20,000 bases of DNA from the IMG/VR virus record IMGVR_UViG_3300035696_002359; one strand, 5' to 3'. Source of the DNA: an uncultured virus (IMG/VR IMGVR_UViG_3300035696_002359) (Duplodnaviria; Heunggongvirae; Uroviricota; Caudoviricetes). The position numbers and the translations under genes are program-made. The first letter of the stretch is position 1; each line of letters opens with the position of its first letter. Shown piece after piece: positions 16,278 through 20,000 of this stretch. The notes below the pieces were generated by a model. It was not told the origin of the DNA. It searched no databases and was given only the letters and a program-made list of their open reading frames with translations.

Positions 16278-16745
16278 ATGATTATGAATATCACGGTCTC
16301 AGTTGCCAACTGGCTAAGAAGTCGGAACAACGTCAATTCCGCCGTCCCTGTCATCGTGCAGATCGGTCATCGGACCTATTCCGCAGTGCGATACATCGAG
16401 ACCAGCAGAGGCTTTGACGAAACACGTCTCTACGTTCTTGGCACACTGCCGCCGTTGCATGACAAGATGCGGCGGCTCTGTTATCGGACCGACGACTCGG
16501 ACTGCGACTGGCACATCATCGCCTGGTTCAGACAACGAACAGCCTGCACTGAGTGGCAGGAGGTGCATCCCTTTGGAAGCCACTTCATCCTCGCTCAGTG
16601 GTCACCGGTCGAGAATTGGGCCGCGGACCAATGTGACAAGAGGCCGTTTCGCCGCACTCCGATGAGCATCACGAACTGTGCTGGACCGACTGACGCTGAT
16701 GTCAATCGGCCATCCGAGGAAAAGGACGATGGCAACTCGCATTGA
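16278..16745 (+). CDS. Hypothetical protein (about 155 aa)
   Basis: GAGGA RBS; the start may be ATG 16278 or 16284. Confidence 0.6.
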   Translation: MIMNITVSVANWLRSRNNVNSAVPVIVQIGHRTYSAVRYIETSRGFDETRLYVLGTLPPLHDKMRRLCYRTDDSDCDWHIIAWFRQRTACTEWQEVHPFGSHFILAQWSPVENWAADQCDKRPFRRTPMSITNCAGPTDADVNRPSEEKDDGNSH

Positions 16746-16802
16746 TCGTCACCGGACCTTGGCTGTGCGATGTAAGCCAACCACAACAACGGAGCAACGA
16801 TC

Positions 16803-17111
16803 ATGTCCGCAATCGCCACCAAGCCGAAGTTTGTCCCAGGAGTCCTCCTTGCCACGCCCGGAGCATCAGAAGCATTCGAGAGGAATGGGCAGATGCCGTT
16901 CGAGTTTCTTCAACGCCACATCAATGGGGATTGGGGATCGGAACTCTGTCAGGAGGACCGCTTGCTGAATGACCAAGCCTTGATCGACGGTTCTCGATTG
17001 CTTAGCGCGTATCGCCTCAAGGATGGGACCAAGCTCTGGTGCATTACCGAAGCTGTCGGCGAGAACGACCGACGCGAAGCGACGACGTTTCTCCTGCCCG
17101 AGGAGTACTGA
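16803..17111 (+). CDS. Conserved plasmid/ICE-associated small protein of unknown function
   Basis: KF.PG.LLATPGA, LQRHINGDWG.EL..ED...ND.AL..GSRLLSAY, LWCITEA and TTFLLPEEY form a recognisable MGE family pattern. Confidence 0.85.
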   Translation: MSAIATKPKFVPGVLLATPGASEAFERNGQMPFEFLQRHINGDWGSELCQEDRLLNDQALIDGSRLLSAYRLKDGTKLWCITEAVGENDRREATTFLLPEEY

Positions 17112-17145
17112 TTGGACCGAGTACCAGTTGAAAGGACACTGCACT

Positions 17146-17319
17146 ATGCCGACCACAGCAACGACTTTGTTCCGTAACTTCTACGAGTGTTCCGAGTGTG
17201 GCACACGTTGGACCGACGAGTGGGAATGCCAGTGCAATGATCGCTGCCCGAAGTGCTGCTGCGAAATCGAACCGTACGACTCGGTAGAGATCGGACCACC
17301 GCCAATCCCAACCACCTGA
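17146..17319 (+). CDS. Small zinc-ribbon protein (57 aa)
   Basis: GAAAGGA then ATG 17146; NFYECSECGTRWTDEW...NDRCPKC..EIEPY has two CxxC pairs. Confidence 0.75.
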   Translation: MPTTATTLFRNFYECSECGTRWTDEWECQCNDRCPKCCCEIEPYDSVEIGPPPIPTT

Positions 17320-17335
17320 ATGAAAGGAAGAAGTC

Positions 17336-17584
17336 ATGTGTGATGATGAGACCGAAATAGCCCGCCGGGAGATGGTCGCCACGATCAATGCCGATCCGGG
17401 CAGCCGACTGGACCTTGAAGCCAAACACGGACAGGTGTGGGACACCGGACAACTACAAGACGACTTCCAAGTCTTGGGCTTCATGGCTCCGTTCGTCGTC
17501 GTGCGTCGGCGGTCGGATGGTGTTCGCGGCAGCCTGATGTTTCAGCACTCGCCCCGGTTCTACCACTCGTTTCAGCCCGAGTAG
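17336..17584 (+). CDS. Hypothetical protein (82 aa)
   Basis: GAAAGGA RBS; GQVWDT..L..DF.V.GFMAPFVVVRR.SDGV.GSL.FQH.PRFY looks like a conserved pattern. Confidence 0.8.
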   Translation: MCDDETEIARREMVATINADPGSRLDLEAKHGQVWDTGQLQDDFQVLGFMAPFVVVRRRSDGVRGSLMFQHSPRFYHSFQPE

Positions 17585-17597
17585 ACAAATCAAGAAC

Positions 17598-17637
17598 GGA
17601 CGGGTCCACGTGGGACAACTCCTCAGTGGACCTGTCC
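17598..17637 (+). terminator. Long hairpin closing the co-oriented gene run
   Basis: GGACGGGTCCAC...GTGGACCTGTCC is a 12-bp stem with one wobble, just after the last stop. There is no clear U-tract. Confidence 0.4.
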
Positions 17638-18009
17638 TGCCAGTAGGAACACCGTTGTCGCAAAAAATGTTATGCAACAATTCCAGCGGAAAACTGGACC
17701 CTGGGGGTGCCTACCGTGGGCAGGTGGAGACTGCCGTACCCGCCTCTTCTTATTCACGCCGTCATCGCATTTTTGGAAATCGGGGAACTTCTGTGATCTC
17801 CCCACAGGCTGAGATTCCTTCCCGATTGCTTGCCCGAAAAAATAGCGGCGAGAAAATCGGGGGCGTAGAGAGGGTTTTTCATCAGCTATGGCTTCCTGTA
17901 CAGGTCACAAACCCGTGGACTTTTGGACTGTCGCCGTCCGATCCTCTTCGATGGCCGACTCCCGATGGAGGTGCAATCCGCAGTTCCGGCACCACATCTT
18001 ATTGGCACC

Positions 18010-18528
18010 TCAAATGATGTTCGGATCGTCGATCCCTTTTGTTGGATCGGGAGGCGCGGGTGGATAGATGTCGAACACTCCTTCGCAGTCCTGCCTCGCC
18101 TTCTCACGATAAAGCTCCTGGTAGCGAGTAGACGGGGGGTCGTTGTTGAATGGCGGGTCCAGGGTGTCGAAGAAAGGATCGCCGCCACCCTTCTTCCAGA
18201 GGCGGTAATACGTTGGATGCCATAAGAACGTGAAGAAGTTCGTGAACCCCCAACAGAACCCGATGCCGCCAAGAATTGCGGCCGCACCTCCAACAAAAAA
18301 GCAAAAACCTAGACCCGGATCGGCGATGCAAAACATCAGCCCCCAGAATGACACTACCAGGAAAGGAATGATTGCCATTCGGAAAATCATCGTTCGCTTC
18401 GCGGTACGCCTTGGGTAACCAGGAACTTGTGTGTTCGTACCACAGTGGGGACAATGGCCGAGTTTCCCGGCCCAATCGTCGCCGATTTGCAGTTGGGCAT
18501 GACAGCCGTCACAAACAAATTCGATCAT
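18010..18528 (-). CDS. Zinc-ribbon membrane protein (planctomycete-style)
   Basis: MIEFVCDGC..L.I....AGK.GHCPHCG, followed by two or three hydrophobic segments. GGAGA lies upstream on the minus strand. Confidence 0.8.
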   Translation of the reverse strand: MIEFVCDGCHAQLQIGDDWAGKLGHCPHCGTNTQVPGYPRRTAKRTMIFRMAIIPFLVVSFWGLMFCIADPGLGFCFFVGGAAAILGGIGFCWGFTNFFTFLWHPTYYRLWKKGGGDPFFDTLDPPFNNDPPSTRYQELYREKARQDCEGVFDIYPPAPPDPTKGIDDPNII

Positions 18529-19179
18529 GTCGATTCTCCGTTTTGGGTTCCGGGAACCTGGCTGCGGTCCATTCAGTGCAGAGAGAGGCTGGATGCCAAC
18601 GGTTCACCCGGACATTCAAACTCGTGCCGGTCCGGTCGAACGGGGAGGAAGTGAGAGAAGCTGTTGAGAACGATGAGCTACCCGCTCACAGGAGTCATTG
18701 TTGACTCGAGCGGGAGACATCTGTTTAACAGTTGCGGTGCGCTCGGGAGCGTGGACAGTCTCATCTGGAAATACTGAAATCGCCTACCGGAACAAGGGTC
18801 CGACCCGCCGGATGTTGGCAACAAAGCAAAGCCATTACGATTCACACAAGTTATCGTGTATGTTGCGATTGGTGACAGCATATTACCTATCATTCGGTAT
18901 TCAGTACGCACCAACCGAGCTCTTATGGCTCGATAGCCAGCCGCCGCGCCGAACGACCAGCCGCGCGCCAAGAAACGAAGAATCTCTGCGACAAGAGCCC
19001 TTACACCCTGAGCGGCGCATAACGAGCCACTTTCGCTGGAAAAACGATTCACATTGGGCCGCTTATAGTATCATCCGAACCTTCCTCCCTAATTGCTCGC
19101 GGCAAATCATAGGATTCCCCGCAACAGCAGCCCCCTGCCTAGGGGTTTGTCGGATGGCATCCTCTCTAACGGGGCCAAC

Positions 19180-19208
19180 TTGACAAGCGGCGGCGGGGTG
19201 TATAGGCT
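19180..19208 (+). promoter_or_regulatory. Sigma70-like promoter
   Basis: TTGACA (19180-19185), 17-nt spacer, TAGGCT (19203-19208). Confidence 0.4.
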
Positions 19209-19575
19209 GACGTCTATTGGCGCACCTCGACTACTTGCGCGACTACTCGGTTGACAGACCGATGACGGCGCAGGAGCTGCAGGCACGGCAGGCGTCCTAC
19301 GATGCATGCCGTTCAGGATCGATGGTTTGATTGACAATCGGACCCTGGGGCCAGTTCTTGGCCCGGGCTTCGACATCGGCCAAACCTAAGTTTTTGGATT
19401 AGCGCGTGCGCTGCGGTTGTATTACTACGGTCGGCGGACGCAGAAGACATATTGCATGGGGGCCAAGCGGTCCATCTACTTTCGCGATTAACGACTCTGT
19501 GAATCGGACGACCATCGGCTTTTGTGATTGCTAGTACCTTCTGGCTATCCTTGACGCACCAGCAGCAAGTCAATC

Positions 19576-20000
19576 ATGGCGCACCTGTTGCTTATCGACG
19601 ACGACCCGGGGTTGCTCCCTGAGAAGGTGTACCACGTATTCCCCGCTCCCGCACACCAACTCGAGATCGCCTACACTGGTACGGAGGGTCTGGAGCGCGT
19701 CGCGGCCGCGCCACCGGATGTTGTTCTTCTCGACTTGCGCCTGCCTGATCAGTCTGGATTGGAGGTCTTGAGCAAGATCCGCAAAATCGATGCCCGTGTC
19801 CCAGTCGTCTTTGTCACCCTGACCCGCTCGGCAGATTCGGCCATCGAGGCGATGAAGCAAGGGGCTTACGACTACTTGCTCGTGTCTTTCCGGCAAGCAT
19901 GCATGAATTGTTTTGATGCGCGTGGTATTCTGGGCTGTCAGCACACGCATGTGGAGGACAGCCGATGGGTGCCAGGAACATACGCGGCTTTTCGGCGCAG
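19576..20000 (+). pseudogene. NtrC-type response-regulator receiver domain, apparently truncated or chimeric after nt 19881; the frame runs off the window
   Basis: ATG 19576 gives MAHLLLIDDD...PDVVLLDLRLPDQSGLEVL...PVVFVT...AIEAMKQGAYDYLL. VSFRQACMNC follows in place of the conserved KP. Confidence 0.7.

Larger units (their letters stand above)
4370..17640 (+). mobile_element. Backbone of an integrative or plasmid-like mobile element (boundaries approximate)
   Basis: About 13 kb of co-oriented genes, including a rep/primase-like gene, ardC, a tyrosine recombinase, an excisionase-like HTH and plasmid-type small hypotheticals. No core housekeeping context. att sites were not identified. Confidence 0.7.

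Noticed and set aside
462..17640. Z-genome prophage
   Set aside because: No datZ, mazZ, DNA polymerase, terminase, capsid or tail genes are recognisable in the window.
4100..17900. attL/attR direct repeats or a tRNA target bounding the element
   Set aside because: Only short chance-level matches were found by eye, such as CTCCCCACA near 4530 and 17798, and no tRNA was seen.
17610..19573. ORFs 17610-18017, 17886-18296, 18698-19183, 18678-19052 and 19107-19376
   Set aside because: They show no recognisable motifs or clear RBS, and several overlap the better-supported 18010-18528 gene or each other.
19570..19950. Minus-strand 126-aa ORF
   Set aside because: It is the antisense of the plus-strand receiver-domain frame, which the track missed because that frame has no stop inside the window.

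Overview
The window looks like an accessory, mobile-element region, probably from a planctomycete. The taxon is inferred from gene styles such as the CxxC zinc-ribbon membrane protein. It has three parts. (1) 462-4098 is a tight three-gene + strand cassette: an ImmA/IrrE-type HExxH metallopeptidase fused to an SCO6735/TARG1/DarG-class macrodomain; a P-loop (d)NMP-kinase domain fused to an adenylosuccinate-synthetase homologue carrying PurZ/PurZ0 signature residues (GSEGKG rather than GDEGKG); and a DarT-like putative ADP-ribosyltransferase. This is the best candidate for an undescribed nucleotide-chemistry defence or conflict system. (2) About 4370-17640 is a long co-oriented backbone of an integrative or plasmid-like element. 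It holds a Rep/primase-like gene with clustered inverted repeats, ardC, and many small, often acidic hypothetical genes. It also holds a second notable module: an orphan ruvB paralogue, an HTH protein ending in a RuvA-domain-III-like segment, and a XerC/D-like tyrosine recombinase, with phased CGTCAGATT repeats. (3) 18010-20000 holds a zinc-ribbon membrane protein, a poorly coding stretch, and a response-regulator receiver gene broken just before its conserved Lys-Pro. No rRNA, tRNA or CRISPR array was seen. All family calls come from motif recognition by eye, not from database searches.
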